DNA of 64,000 nt from the human T2T-CHM13v2.0 reference genome, Homo sapiens: the NCBI RefSeq assembly GCF_009914755.1, contig NC_060925.1; one strand, written 5' to 3'. The stretch's first letter is position 1. Each line of letters begins with the position of its first letter. A program made the position numbers and the translations under genes. The notes beneath the pieces are model-generated. The model was not told the origin of the DNA, ran no database searches, and saw nothing but the letters and a program-made list of their open reading frames with translations. Below, one piece after another: positions 1-14,061 of the stretch.

Positions 1-795
1 TAAAAATGGGGAGAAAATATTTTAAAATTGTATATTACGACTTCAAATTTAGAACTAAGAAAAAAATGTATTTGGGATTGGTCTCAGCGCTACCTAGAAG
101 AATCAAAGGTCATGGCTTCCCTCAATATTGTCCCAGCCATTTCTCATATGTATATAGTATAAACCGTGACAAAACACTGCCTTTATATTATTTAGCAATA
201 TGTTGTAAATAGCATTATTAAGCTCTTTTTTGTAATAAAGACCCTTTGATTTGAATATAGTACAATAACTGAACTGATAAAGTCAATTTTTGATTTTTGT
301 TTGTTTTTTTTAGCTAGAGGCAATTTCAATTGTGAATTTTTGTTGTTGTCTATTGTTCTGAAGACTTTGCATAATTTATTGGTTTAATTTATCCTAATTT
401 ATTTGATGAAGGTGTACAATTTTGTATTACCAAGGATGTACTGTAATATTAATTGATATGATAAACACAATGAGACTCCCTGTCCATATTAAAAAGAAAA
501 TAAAAAGGTGCAGTAGACAATTGATTTTAAAGGAAAAGTTAAAAAAATTAGTTTGGCAGCTACTAAATTTTAAAACAGGAAAAAAAAAAGTTGTTGTGGG
601 GAGGGTGGGAAAGGGGTTTTACTTTGTGTGTTTTAAGCTTTTGTATACTCTCCAAACTTTTACCTTTTGCTTTGTACCACTTAAAGGATACAGTAGTCCA
701 ATTGCCTTGTGTGCCTTCCATCTCCTCTTAAACTGAATGTATGTGCAGTATATATGCAAGCTTGTGCAAAATAAAATATACATTACAAGCTCAGT
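1..795 (+). other. Distal 3' UTR / terminal exon end of an unidentified upstream gene
   Basis: Very AT-rich and repeat-free. AATAAA at 234-239, 499-504 and 770-775, many TGTA motifs, Pumilio elements TGTATATA 149-156 and TGTAAATA 204-211, and U/GU-rich tracts after the first and third signals. No coding exon is present, so the gene cannot be named. Confidence 0.7.
234..312 (+). terminator. Proximal alternative polyadenylation signal
   Basis: TGTA adjoining AATAAA 234-239, with a downstream TTTTTGATTTTTGTTTGTTTTTTTT tract at ~286-311. Confidence 0.5.
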
Positions 796-812
796 GCCGT
801 TTGATTTTCTTA
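770..812 (+). terminator. Canonical cleavage/polyadenylation site
   Basis: Upstream TGTA (738), AATAAA 770-775, CA at 792-793, then GU/U-rich GTGCCGTTTGATTTTCTT. Confidence 0.65.
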
Positions 813-3800
813 AAGAAAGAGTGACTTTTAATTTTTGGACCTGTATCCAATTGTAGGACAGTAGGCTAGTTGTGCCAGTAATGTCAAGTATGGAGATTTT
901 CTTTCACTACAATTCTTCATTCTGTTAGCCTAACGTGCAGCTCCTAGAAACAACCTCTTTTACTTTAGATGCTTGGAATAATTGCTTGGATTTCTCTCTC
1001 TGAAACATCTTTCAGGCTTAACTTTATTTAGCCCTGAAACTTAAAAAAAAAAAAAAAAGCTTTAGCTCAAAGTAATATTTTACTCTTAATTCAACAATTG
1101 TTAATGTTGAATGATTCTAAGAACAAGGAAAGATGTTCCCAAAAGTCACAGAATGGCAAATATATTACTTAAAATATGGGGATTTGGGGCTTGCACTGTT
1201 CTTACTTCTGGATGAACTCAGAACTAAGAAGTACTATTGTAAATTTTCAAAACCTTTCTAAAATGTTTCTCTTGACATGGCTGGCAGCATGTTCCATACT
1301 AAGAGCATTAGTTTTATGGCTATTGAAAATTTCTTTTTATCTATTTCACTTTGTTTTAAAATGATATCTCCTTTATTCTTAAATTAAGAACAAGAGAAAC
1401 TAGCAGAAATCACCTGCTATTTGAGATTGACTCTATTATCCACCATTCACTGCAGCTGTACCTCACTTGTGTCTGTACATGCTGTTGCAGACTGAGTCTT
1501 CATCATCTCTGATTTCTTCTTTTGCTTTCCCCTTAATGATGAAAACTTTATATTTTGACCCTGTTGACACAAGGGTGCCTGGAGTCAATGCAATATTAAA
1601 ACTTTGTTAAAGGATGATAGCATTTTTCCACTTTCAGCTCTTTTTTCTATCAATGCCACATATTTAAATTCTAGTCTTCCTAACTAAATTGTGCAAAAGT
1701 GCATACTTAAATCCCTCTATGCCAAAATAGTTATTCCCTGATCGGAAAAAAAAAAATTCCCTCCTTCCACTGTCTCTTCTTGGAAGAGAAAAGACATTTG
1801 CAGGAATGTAGTGACTCCTCCATCTTCTTGTACTTAACAGTTATCTGCTTTATGCCAGATTGGATAATTTCCATAGCCACCAAATCACTAACAGGTTACA
1901 GCAGGTAGGAGGTTTATTAAAAACATACCTTCAAGCCCTACTTTTGTGACTCTAAATCATCTGGCGTCATTAGTCTAGAATAAAATGCACCACCTTCAAC
2001 ACTGATCTGAGCCGTCATCATAAACCCTGTTCCACATGCATCTCAGTGTGACCAGTGCCCACTTTAGAGTTGAATGTATAAGCTTCTCAACCTCATAATA
2101 AAGAAAAGATTGGTTTTATTCATTTTTATCTCCATTAATTTTTAAAAATTAACGTTTTTCTTCAAAAGCAAGGCTAAAAATCAGTACATATTTACAATTA
2201 ATTTAATACATGCAGAGGTGAGACACAGATGCCCCTGAATAAAAGTCATAGAAATACATCAAATGTTTGTCATGTACTGCCAAATGCTGGGGTCTATGGA
2301 CATTCCTGAATTTTAAAAGGCATAAAATATAAGAAAAGGGTGTACAAAGGAAAATGGCAGATACAATTTTAGAAAATAACAGATATAATAACTAAGTAAA
2401 TTTATTAAAGATTACTGAAGAAATAAATTGTGCTGTACTCCCTTACCAAAGATATAACCATGTAGTAGAGGGAGGCTTTACATTGGGATAAAAAGCTAAA
2501 TAGTAGCTTTTGAAACTAAAGAAGTCATCAAGAGAGTATTGCTTTGGGTATTAGGAGACCTGTCTCCAATCCATTCAATTCTAAAACTTTTTACACAGCC
2601 TACCCGGAGAAAACTAAGCAAGTCACTTAATGCTTCAGTGTCCCAGGAGAATTGAAATAATTATGAGAGCTAAAGGATTGCTAGATTCAGTGTGGTCACC
2701 ATGTTGACTTTCACCTGCCAAGGATTCCTACCTGCCAAGAAAATGGTGTGTTAGGATGTTTTTGCTTCTCGTGAGAAGGCAATTTAAGTGACAAGGGCAA
2801 AATTCTGAAGATAGCCAAGTGTGACTCTAGATCCTTCTCTCTCTGTTTATGACTGGTTCTCTCTTGGGTAAGTGTCTCTGCTTCTTGTCAAGCATCTGGT
2901 GCTCCTGGGTTGCCCCAGCCCTCCCTCTGTTCACAGCAACAAGCCGTCTACGAAAGTTAACATTAAGATATCACTGACTTGATATGTTTCTCTTACCAAT
3001 GGTACATTCATAAAAAGATATGCAGTGTACAAGAATACATTTTTACTGCTTCTGTATTAGGTCTGATGTCACCTGAATGCAAGTAATTATGGACTGGAGG
3101 CCTTCCCCACCAAACATCAGGCTAGGCTTTTTGAATGGTATCACTCCTGGCTGCATCTTGCAAAAAGGCTGTATGGTCTGTCAAGCCATTTCTGTCTCCC
3201 AGGCCTCCTTCCCCTCCGTCCCCAGGACTGGCTTCCTGCCCATGATCATAGAGTCCTTCTACATCTCCCCAAAAATCATTCATAAGAACTCACAGGAGGA
3301 GGCACACTTCTCCACTAAAGCCTGGTTTGTTTTTCTGGTTCCAAAGAAAAATTATTATCACTGAAGATATTTCAGAGATAACCTAACTCAGTGGCTTTTA
3401 TTCCCCAGATCGCTAGAGAAATGTGGTTATTATCTCAGGGGCCACCAGATTAGGACCTCAACAAAAGGAGCTTCATCTTTATATTGAGGTATAATAAAAT
3501 ATTCATTTAATATAAAGAGTTCTCTGCTTAAAACAGTGATCTTTTTGAGTAAGATAAAACAGATTTCTATGTATGAATGGGAGTATTAATTAACAAGTAA
3601 TTCTACCAAACCTTCATTTAAAGAAAGGAGTTCTCTGCTCAACAACACAACTCAATACTCTCATTGGGTAGGGTAAGAGATTTTTAAGGATGAACAGGAA
3701 AATTAAAATAGATAATAACACATAAAATGATAATAAACCTTTAAAAAAGAGACTATTTTTGCACCATGGAAACAGCACAGAGCCTGGCACCTGGTTTGTA

Positions 3801-4635
3801 CTGAATCTCTGTTCTCTTTCTTCTCTTCCAGTCAGTGGTTTTAGTTACTTTGCCATGTTGTTTTAAGTTGTGATCTAAGGGCTTAAACACCCACACCCAT
3901 TCCAACTTCCCAGGACATTCAAATTTTGAAGAACACAGAAGTGCAGCAGGAACTAAAAACTTCTGCCCCACTCTTGCCATTTCCCCAGGCCCCTGTGTTC
4001 AGCCTCAGGCCTATAGCTGCTGTGGCCACACCTTCCGCCAGCCATGCTTGCCTAGGCTCCAGAATAAGAGTGGGACAGCTCAGAAAGATTAAGGTGCCAT
4101 AACACACTGAAACAGAATCACTTAGGCTGCCTCAATCCTGGCAAAGGGGAGGGTATTATTTGCAAAGCCCCCTGCTGAGTCTCCCAGGTGCTAGCTAGAC
4201 AGGCTCAGGAGATAGTTTGGCAGCCACCCTGGAAAAAATGCCTGTGTCTCTGCAAATAAATCTGCCAGTGTAGAAAGCACTGGGTTTTCCCCAGTGCTTG
4301 TGCAAATAGTACTCTGTGCTTTGCTGGTATTGGAAATTCCTTGGTATAAGTAGCTCTAGACCATGAAAATTGAAGTTATGGATTTCTTGTCATTGTTGTT
4401 ACCCTTGACCTGTTGGGAAATAATTCCCCAAATCAATGGTCATACTTCCGATTATTCACAACTGAAAAATCTTTAGTAACCAGAAAACAAAAAAAAGTGT
4501 TCCCTGAATTCCCCTTCACGGCTCAGCAACTGACGGTAAGACTGAGCAAGTCTTGAAGTCTGGCACAAAGGAAGGTAGATGTGCAGGTGTCCAAGCATAA
4601 TATGAGCCTGGGCATCTGAGTGTAGGTATCTCCTG

Positions 4636-4696
4636 CTAGAAAAATTCATGAACAACTAGAAAAATTCATGAACAACTAGAAAAATTCATGAACAAC
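4636..4696. repeat. Perfect 3 x 20-bp tandem repeat (CTAGAAAAATTCATGAACAA)
   Basis: Identical units at 4636, 4656 and 4676. Confidence 0.95.
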
Positions 4697-4774
4697 ACAT
4701 AGGTTACCAATGGAGCATTATTGATGTCTTTTCTTCACTTAACATCTAGGAATTTGTAGAATCAACAGTGTGGT

Positions 4775-5190
4775 TACGTATGTGAAAAATCTCAGTAAAG
4801 TGGATACATTTCTAAGCAAAATACAGGTATCAACATTTACTCCAGAAGCAAAAACCTTCAAGACAATCAAGGCCACAGAAGAAAATTTTAAAGTTGTTCT
4901 AAAAACAGAACAAACATCAGATCAAAACTCCTCTCCTCTCCCCAAAGGCACCTGGCCTTCAGAGTTTTATGGGTGAATTCTATCAACTATTCAAAAATAA
5001 GTTATATTGTATAAATAGTATACATATTACACATATATACAGTATTTATACACATATGTACAGTGTTTATATATAACTCAATTTCTTTATAAAGTCCATA
5101 TGTATTAATGTAAGTACAAAACATAATCAAATCCAGTCCAGCAGTACATATAGTAAAAATAATATTATACTACAAATAGGGCTCATTACT
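4775..5190 (+). mobile_element. Ancient L1M ORF2 fragment
   Basis: Degenerate L1 ORF2-like text (GTGGATACATTTCTA...GGTGAATTCTATCAACTATTCAAAAA). Boundaries approximate. Confidence 0.6.
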
Positions 5191-5824
5191 TGTACCAAGC
5201 TGATTTGAAGAAGAATCTGGACTTGCTTCTAAGTGAAATGCAGGAGAAAGTTTCTTGATAGATTGATTTGCTTTTTCTAACTTCTAATAATGGTGAAAGC
5301 AAATATTTCTTTTCTGGGCTGTCAGCTATCTGCTACTGGGCAATCACTATGGGCTACTGTCTTCTAATTTTTTATTTTACTAGGGCAAAATAGCCTTTGC
5401 TCTTTCAGCCATTTTCGTGTGCAAGGTTGCCTGACTCAGAGGCCCTGACTTACTTGAACAAATCTTTTTTGGAACTCTGAGTTTTTGGAAAAAGCCAGAT
5501 TCATCTTGTGCAATTTTAAGGACTTCCCTCAGTTAACTTAAATAAAGAAGAATAAAAAAAACAAATCCAGCAAAGTAATGCCAATAAAGATAGGCCATTC
5601 ATTCTACATAAAGGGAATCATGATATTTTTACTTTGTGAAATATTGAATTAAAATTAAAACCTATTTGTTTACATTCTAAAAGGAAAGGATAAGTAGGGT
5701 AAGTTTTGAGTTGGGCAGTGCTGACCCCAATCAATTTGATAAAGCTTGTAAGAGTTGCCATTATATGCAACAGGAGGACTCTTTGACAGAAATAATATAT
5801 GAAATGTGTCTCTTTATTTTTAAT

Positions 5825-5942
5825 ATTTTAATTTTTTTCAGCTCATTAGCTATCATAAGTATTAGTGTGTTTTATGTGTGTCCCAGGACAATTTTTTTTC
5901 TTCCAATGTGGCCCAGGGAAGCCAAAATATTGGACACCCCTG
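5825..5942 (+). mobile_element. MER30 (hAT-Charlie) fragment
   Basis: Typical end CTTCCAATGTGGCCCAGGGAAGCCAAAATATTGGACACCCCTG. Confidence 0.8.
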
Positions 5943-6675
5943 GCTTAAGCTTTATGCCTTGATTCTTTGGTGCTAAAACTTTTGAAACTAAAAACACTCT
6001 TTTTATTATGCACACAAAAAAGCCATGCTCTAGCAAATTAAAAGCCTTGATTTTCAAGACTATTTTCTCAACACTGAGTTTTAAGACCTTATTTAGACAT
6101 TTAAGTGGTCAAAACCTTGATTCTTTGTTCCCTGCATTTCCTTTATGCATCCCTTCTAGAAGCAGGGCTTGCCCATGACTGAATGGGGAAGAGTCACAGG
6201 TAACTGGAATTTGAAGCGGGTGGGCCTCCATTAATACATCTAAATTTTATGTTGCATGTTCAGCAATAGTCATTGCAGGATTATATGTAGTAATGGAAAA
6301 TTGTAGACAAACCAAATGTCATCAGCAGGTGAATTGTTGAAATAAATTGTGTGACTTTATGCCTCTTTAAGGTGAACTCAAATTGGGTAGAACTAACCCT
6401 AAGAATAATTGTTTCCCTGTTATGTCACCACAACCACACAAAAATTATACCTGCTTTAAATAAAAAAAAGCTTTATTTGTGCTTTCAGGTGTAAATTTGT
6501 ATTTTGATTCCATGGTTTGTGGAATATTATACATCTACTAAAAGTTTGAGATTGAGCTGTAGCTATGCAGTGAAGTGAAAAGTTATTCATAATATATTAT
6601 GGAGTTTGAAAAGTAAATACAGAAATATTTTTAGATAACATAACTCCACGTTTGTGCTTTTTAAGTTGATATATC

Positions 6676-6969
6676 AGCTGGGCATGGTGGCTCATGCCTG
6701 TAATCCCAGCACTTTGGGGAGGCCAAGGCAGGTGGATGACCAGAGTTCAGGAGTTCAAGGCCAGCCTGGCCAACATTGTGAAACCCCATCTCTGCTAAAA
6801 ATACAACAATTAGCCAGGTGTGGTGGTGCACGCCTGTAATCCCAGCTACTCAGGAGGCTGAGGAACAACAATCACTTGAACCTGGGAGACAGAGGTTGCA
6901 GTGAGCTGAGATCATGCCACTGCACTCCAGCCTGGGTGACAGAGTGAGACTCCATCTCAAAAAAAAAAA
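6676..6969 (+). mobile_element. Alu (AluS-type), full length
   Basis: Dimeric Alu with A-tail; near-identical flanks AAG(T)TGATATATC. Confidence 0.95.
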
Positions 6970-6998
6970 GTGATATATCTTCATGTATATATACAAAG

Positions 6999-7042
6999 CA
7001 CACACACGCACACACCCACACACACACACACACACGCACACA
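6999..7042. repeat. Interrupted (CA)n microsatellite
   Basis: Direct reading. Confidence 0.9.
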
Positions 7043-7082
7043 ATATGTGAGAACACACCACATCATAATAAATGTCATTTCT

Positions 7083-9033
7083 ACATGATCCTATAACTAG
7101 AAAACCCCATTGTCTCAGCCCAAAAGCTTCTTAAGCTGATAAGCAACTTTGGCAAAGTCTCAGGATGCAGAATCAATGTGCAAAACTCACAAGCATTCCT
7201 ATACACCAACAATCGACAAGCAGAGAACTAAATCATGAATGAACTCCCATTCACAACTGCTACAAAGAGAATAAGATACCTAGGAATACAGTTAACAAGG
7301 GAAGTGACGAACATTTTCAAGGAGAACTACAAACCACTGCTCAAGGAAATCAGAGAGGACACAAACAAATGGAAAAACATTCCATGCTCATGGATAGGAA
7401 GAATCAATATTGTGAAAATGGCAATGGCCATACTGCCCAAAGTAATTTATAGAGTCAATGCTATTCTCATTAAACTACCATTGATATTTTTCACAGAATT
7501 AGAAAAAACTACTTTAAAATTTATATGGAACAAAAAAAGAGCCCATATAGCTAAGACAATCATAAGCAAAAAGACCAAAGCTGGAGGCATCACACTACCT
7601 GACTTCAAACTATACTACAAGGCTACAGTAACTAAAACAGCATGGCACTGGTACAAAAAACAGACACACAGACCAATGGAACAGAATAGAGAATTTAGAA
7701 ATAAGACTGTACATCTACAATCATCTGATCTTTGACAAATCTGACAAAAACAAGCAAGGGGGAAAGGATTTCCTGTTTAATAAATGGTGCTGGGAGAACT
7801 GGCTAGCCATATGCAGAAGATTGAAACTGGACCCCTTCCTTACACCTTATACAAAAATTAACTCAAGATGGATTAAAGACTTAAATGTAAAACCTAAGAC
7901 TATAAACACCCTAGAAGAAAATCTAGGCAATACCATTCAGGACATAGGCATGGGAAAAGATTTCATGACAAAAACATTGAAAGTAATTGCAACAAAAGCA
8001 AAAATTGACAAATAGGATCTAATTTAAAGAGCTTCTGTACAGCAAAAGAAACTGTCATCACAGTAAACAAATGACCTATAGAATGGGAGAAAATTTTTGC
8101 AATCTATCCATCTGAAAAAGGTCTAATATCCAGAATCTACAAAGAACTTAAACAAATTTACAAGAAAAAAACAATCAACCCCATTATAAAGTGGGCAAAC
8201 GACATGAACAGGCACTTCTCAAAAGAGGACATTTATGCGGCCAACAAACATATAAAAAAATGCTCCACATCACCAATCATTAGGGATATGCAAATCAAAA
8301 CCACAATGAGATACCATCTCATGCCAGTCAGAATGGAGATTTTTAAATTTCAAGAAACAACAGATGCTGATGAGGCTGTGGAGAAATAAGAACACTTTTA
8401 CACTGTTGATGGGAACGTAAATTAGTTCAACCATTGTGGAAGACAGTGTGGCAATCCCTCAAGGACCCAGAAATACCATTTGACCCAGCAATCCCATTAC
8501 TAGGTATAGTCCCAAAGGAATGTAAATCATTCTATTATGAAGATACTTGCACATGTATGTTCATTGCAGCACTATTCACAATAGCAAAGACGTGGAATCA
8601 ACCCAAATGCCCATCAATGACAGACTGGATAAAGACAATGTGGTACATATACACCATGGAATACTATGCGGCCATAAAAAGGACTGAGAACATGCCCTTT
8701 GTATGGACATGGATGGAGCTGGAAGCCATTATCCTCAGCAAACTAATGTGGGAACAGAAAACCAAACACTGCATGTTCTCACTTATAAGTTCTCACTTAT
8801 GAGAGTTCAACAATGAGAACACATGGGCACAGAGAGGGAAACACACACACTGGGGCCTGTCAGAGATGTGTTGGGGAAGGAAGAGTATCAGGATAAATAG
8901 CTAATGCATGCTGGACTTTATACCTAGGTGATGGGTTGGTAGGTCCAGCAAACCACCATGGCACACGTTTACCTATGTAACTGCACAAGTATCTCAGAAC
9001 TTAAAATGAAAGAAAATAATTTAGAAATAAATA
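7083..9033 (+). mobile_element. 5'-truncated L1PA (about L1PA10-13), 3' part of ORF2 plus 3' UTR
   Basis: ORF2 peptides in several frames (7235-7735 KYLGIQLT-like RT end, 8434-8802 C-terminal region). Perfect 16-bp TSD AATAAATGTCATTTCT at 7067-7082 and 9034-9049. Confidence 0.95.
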
Positions 9034-9384
9034 AATAAATGTCATTTCTGAGTAGTGGAGATAGGCAAGGAAGCATTTAGGTAAGGGGTTAATTTTTATG
9101 TTTACTTTATGCATTTCCAAAGTGTTTGAAATTTTTTAGCAAGCAAGCACAACTTTTGTTTGCAGGAAGCATATTAAGAGACAAGAGCAGAGAAGCAGTG
9201 GGGCAGGGTTTGGGGCTGAATGTACCCTTCACTGTCAGAGAGGAAACAAGATTCTGGCCTGGATGCATGCATCCCCTTGTCTGGTTTGTGCTAGCCCATG
9301 GGCACTCTGCACTGACCAGCTTGCCTCGGCTGTTGGAGACTCCACCTGAAGAAGGCAGGAGGGAGCAGTGGCACAGTTACTGGC

Positions 9385-9555
9385 TTGGGCTATGGAGTCA
9401 GACAGACCTGCGTCTGAAGCCTAGTCCATGACTTGCTCACTTGTCAGTCTTCTTGAGTCATAGTTTGTTCTTTTATGAAATAACACCTACCCCTCAAACT
9501 GAGTAATAAATGAGATGTGCTGTGGGAGGTACCTGGTATAATAGCATGTGCTTAG
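9385..9555 (+). mobile_element. MIR
   Basis: GGCTATGGAGTCAGACAGACCTG start and ACCTGGTATAATAGCATGTGCTTAGTA end. Confidence 0.7.
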
Positions 9556-11299
9556 TAGAGGGTAGAGGAAGAAGAAGTCGGATAGGACAAATTACTGTTA
9601 ACCTTGAGGAGTGCACCTACGGGGTGGTCACTGGCATTTTAAATGCCACCATTGGTGCCTTATTCCTTTTTTCTTGTTTTTCTTCAATTTAGTAGCCCAA
9701 ATCAACCCACACTGTGCACCTGGTAAAGGAGGCAAGCAGAACACACGAACAGGAGTGAGCTATGTGCCCTGTTCTCAAAAGGTGGAAGCTCCCAATGGGT
9801 GTACAAGTATGTGTGTTACAGATGGGAGGGAGGGCATCAAATACACACAAGTCGTAATGCTGCATTGTGCTGTTCTCAGTGTGGTCGTGGGTTTGCAGTT
9901 CTTACCATGGTTAAGGGAAAAGTGGAGTAGAGTGGGGAAAGAGGCAGAACTTTATTTAGGAAGATGGGGGTTCATGGTAAGTAATCAGAAAAGAAATTAA
10001 CTTGCAAAACAGATGGCACAAAAATCCCGCTCTGAGTTTGAGTAGAGGGCAAAATGGGAGAATGGAAGGAGATGGTGAAGAAGGCACGCTGCTGCTGAAA
10101 CGTGCTTTGGGCTTAGTGAGAATGAACACTCCCACTTCTGGGAATTGAGCCTTGGGCAGAGCATGCACAGAAGCAAAGCTGGAAGGCAGAGGAAATCTGG
10201 GCCACCCACGCCCACACCTGCCCTGACCTCTCACCCTGAAGCCTCAGGAAAGGGAAAATCGATGTGCTCCCGAAGTGCAGGAGCCCTGGGTTTGGGACTG
10301 GAATTTGACCCATGCGGAGTGTTTACTGATCTGGAGACGGATAGGCTCAAATGAGCTCATCTTTATCTTGAGAGGAAATTAGGCAGCCCAGACCCAGACA
10401 AAGCCATGTTTTATTCAATGAAAATTTACCACCACCCCACCCTCCCAATGCACACAATATTACATGAAACATCTGCCTAAGTAACCTAGTCTCCAAAGGT
10501 TGGTTCTGAAAGATCAACAAATAGAGACTTAGGAGCTTAGAGAAAAACGAAAAAAAAAAAAGTTATTTCAGAATATCTTACATTTACCCCTCATGCTGAT
10601 CTGTATCCTCTTTTTTTCACAGTTTGCAAATATTGACTAAGTTCAAGGGCAGTGGTTTAAGGTCTAACTTCAGAGTTAGCATGAGGTGACATACTTAAGA
10701 TGGTGCAATCCTGTCCTAATGAAGAACATGTTAGATCCCAAGGTTGGTTTATGGGCAGTTCTTGTTCTTGTCCCAGTTGATATTTGTTTTATCAAGTCAG
10801 GAACTATTTTTGTCATCATTGTTAATCTTCCTCTTGCCAGATCTGTTTTGGCCGAGGGCATGCACTTGAGGTATGTTAGAAGAATGGAGTGCAGTATTGT
10901 GGGAAAGAATTATCACTAATTCTGTCTGCCTACAGCTTCCTCGGCCCTGTTCATCTGATCTCAATTCCCTAAACAAAATTGTAGATGGAAAGTCCTGCAA
11001 GTCCATGACCTGGTTCCAGAAAGTAGATTTTTGAGCTGAAAGAGCAAGATCGCAGCATTCCCATGATGACAATAGGTCTTTGTTATGTTGGAAAGAATTT
11101 TGACTTGTCCATCAGGGGAGATCTTGACAGAATATTTTGCCAATAAAGAAGTCTACCACTAAATGGGTAGGTCCAACTCCATTAGGCTCATCTTTGGCCT
11201 CAATGTTATGCAGATTTTTGCCTCAAGGATTCCTGAGACCTGGCCTAAGATGTCTGGTAGTTCTAGCTGGAACCAGAATCAGCTGGCATTTCTGACCCA

Positions 11300-11460
11300 T
11301 GGGCTTTGGAAGAACACAGATCCTGGCTCAAATCTTAATGTCTCCGAGCCTCAGTTTCTTCATGTATGAATACAGTCGTGACAATGTTCTCCTTGCAAGC
11401 TTGTTATGAGGATTAAATGTGGTATTGTATCTGAAATCACTTAACACAGTGCCTGTTGCT
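11300..11460 (+). mobile_element. MIR
   Basis: Core GAGCCTCAGTTTCTTCATGTATGAA and TTGTTATGAGGATTAAATG...CACTTAACACAGTGCCTG. Confidence 0.8.
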
Positions 11461-12438
11461 TAAAATGGGATTAATATGTTCTAGTGTCCTTCCTTCCGCT
11501 CAGCCACTCCAGCTGCTGGTGTATCCCCTTTCTCTGCTGCATACATTTGACATAGTGGAACAAGGCCAGTAATGCTTGAGGGGATACCATCCTAGTTACA
11601 ATGAATAGAGAAAAGGAAAGGTTCAACAATGTTCAGAACACCAATATTCACTTTAAACTTGTCTAAGCATAAATTATAGGCGCTCTGCTGACATTTGAAA
11701 GAATGGAAATATATAAATAAATGTATAGTTGTGTGACTGCTTCCTAGACCTGGACACAGCTTCACCCCTAAAAGAAAATCTCCATGTGGAGACCTTTGGG
11801 GAGAATTTTAATCTAAAAATCCTAGAGATTATCACAATATTCTTTTGAGTATTAATAAAAGGACTTAGTTACCCAATGAACTGATGAGTCCCCGGATAAT
11901 TTGTTCAAAGGAGAGGTGATATTCTTTTAGCCTCATAGCAGCTTCAGCTGCTATCTCCCACCTAGAGTTCTACCCATTAATATCTCTTGTTCAAGGTATC
12001 ACATCTAAAATTTCTAGTAGTTTATGCAACATTTAGCGATTTCCTCTCTTAGCAATGGTTGGAATCCACCACGCTATATCCTCCTTTTGGGTATCCTGAA
12101 CTCTCCAAATTGTCTCAAAACAAACTTCCTTTTTAACATTTAGATAATATGGCTATTTACAAAGTAGATGGTCAAACGCAGTAATATACACATTTAGTAT
12201 AAGCCAGTATTCAAAGATTCTAATAGCAATAATTATTTCCATATTCAATGCAGTCAATTCTTCAGTGTATCCAAACTGGCCATACAGAAGTTTAGTATGA
12301 ACAATACAGCACTGAAAATGTACTGTATTTATATTTGACTTTGGCGATCAAACATATCAACCTTGAGAGGAAATAACATATTTCTGATTCTAGCCTTTGT
12401 TTCTTCACCTTGGTACTTCCCAATATCACCAGAGCTAG

Positions 12439-12785
<347 letters not shown>

Positions 12786-13132
12786 CTGGAGGATACTTAA
12801 TAAATATTTGGAGAATTAATGTGTATTTCAATCTACTTTTTCTATGTGTTAGCAATAAAGAACTAGAATATCCAATGGAAATAAAATAGTAACTAAACCT
12901 ATAAAATATTAGGAACAAAGCTATAAATAAACAACTAGAACATATAATGGAAATAATATAGTAACCAACCCTAAAAAACATTAGGAATAAAGCTATAAAA
13001 CTGTAAAGCCATAAAGAAGACCTAAAAAATAGAGACAGACAATAATTTTAATAATAATAGTAACTAACATTTATTATGTTCTTTTAATGTGCCAAGAATT
13101 CTCTCAGATTTTTACATAGGTGATTTCTTTAA

Positions 13133-13517
<385 letters not shown>

Positions 13518-14061
13518 TATCGTCCATTTTTCAAAACAAGGAAACTAGGATATATCGAGATAAGGTAACTTTTTTAATGGAAACATGCAAAATGATAAAT
13601 ATGCTTATTTTTCCTAATTTACTCAATAACTTTACCCTGCAAATTAATGCAATGAATTTATAAATTAAAGTAATCACAGTCAAATTTTAGAGGACTGTTC
13701 ACAGATCTTAGCACAACTATTCTAATGTTCAAGAAAAGAGAAAATGCTTTAAACAAAACCCAAGAAAACACTGGTAAAAAAGAAAATCAATTTAAAAAGT
13801 ATTAAAATTATATTAAAGTTCAATAAAGTTGTCAGAGATGCTCAATTACTTACAACAGAACCTGACACATAGAAGACACTCAATAAATATTTGGAGAATT
13901 AATGTATATTTTTATCTATTGTTTCTATGATTTGCCCCAATAGATATAAAAACAAAATGTATAATCACAGTAATTAAATATGTATTATTAATTCAAGAAT
14001 TGACAAAAACAGTTCAAGGAAGCAGATTAGAAAATCCAGAAACAGGTTGGGCACAGAAACA

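Noticed and set aside
1-1060. Naming the upstream gene (NFIA crossed my mind from vague recollection)
   Set aside because: No coding sequence is in the window and I cannot verify the match, so the symbol is left empty. BLAT would settle it.
4636-4696. CRISPR-like array
   Set aside because: Head-to-tail repeats with no spacers, no cas genes, and a eukaryotic context.
7235-8802. L1 ORF2-like ORFs as functional genes (also 49279-50538 and 53609-57740)
   Set aside because: They are fragmented by stops and frameshifts inside recognisable decayed L1 copies; none is retrotransposition-competent.
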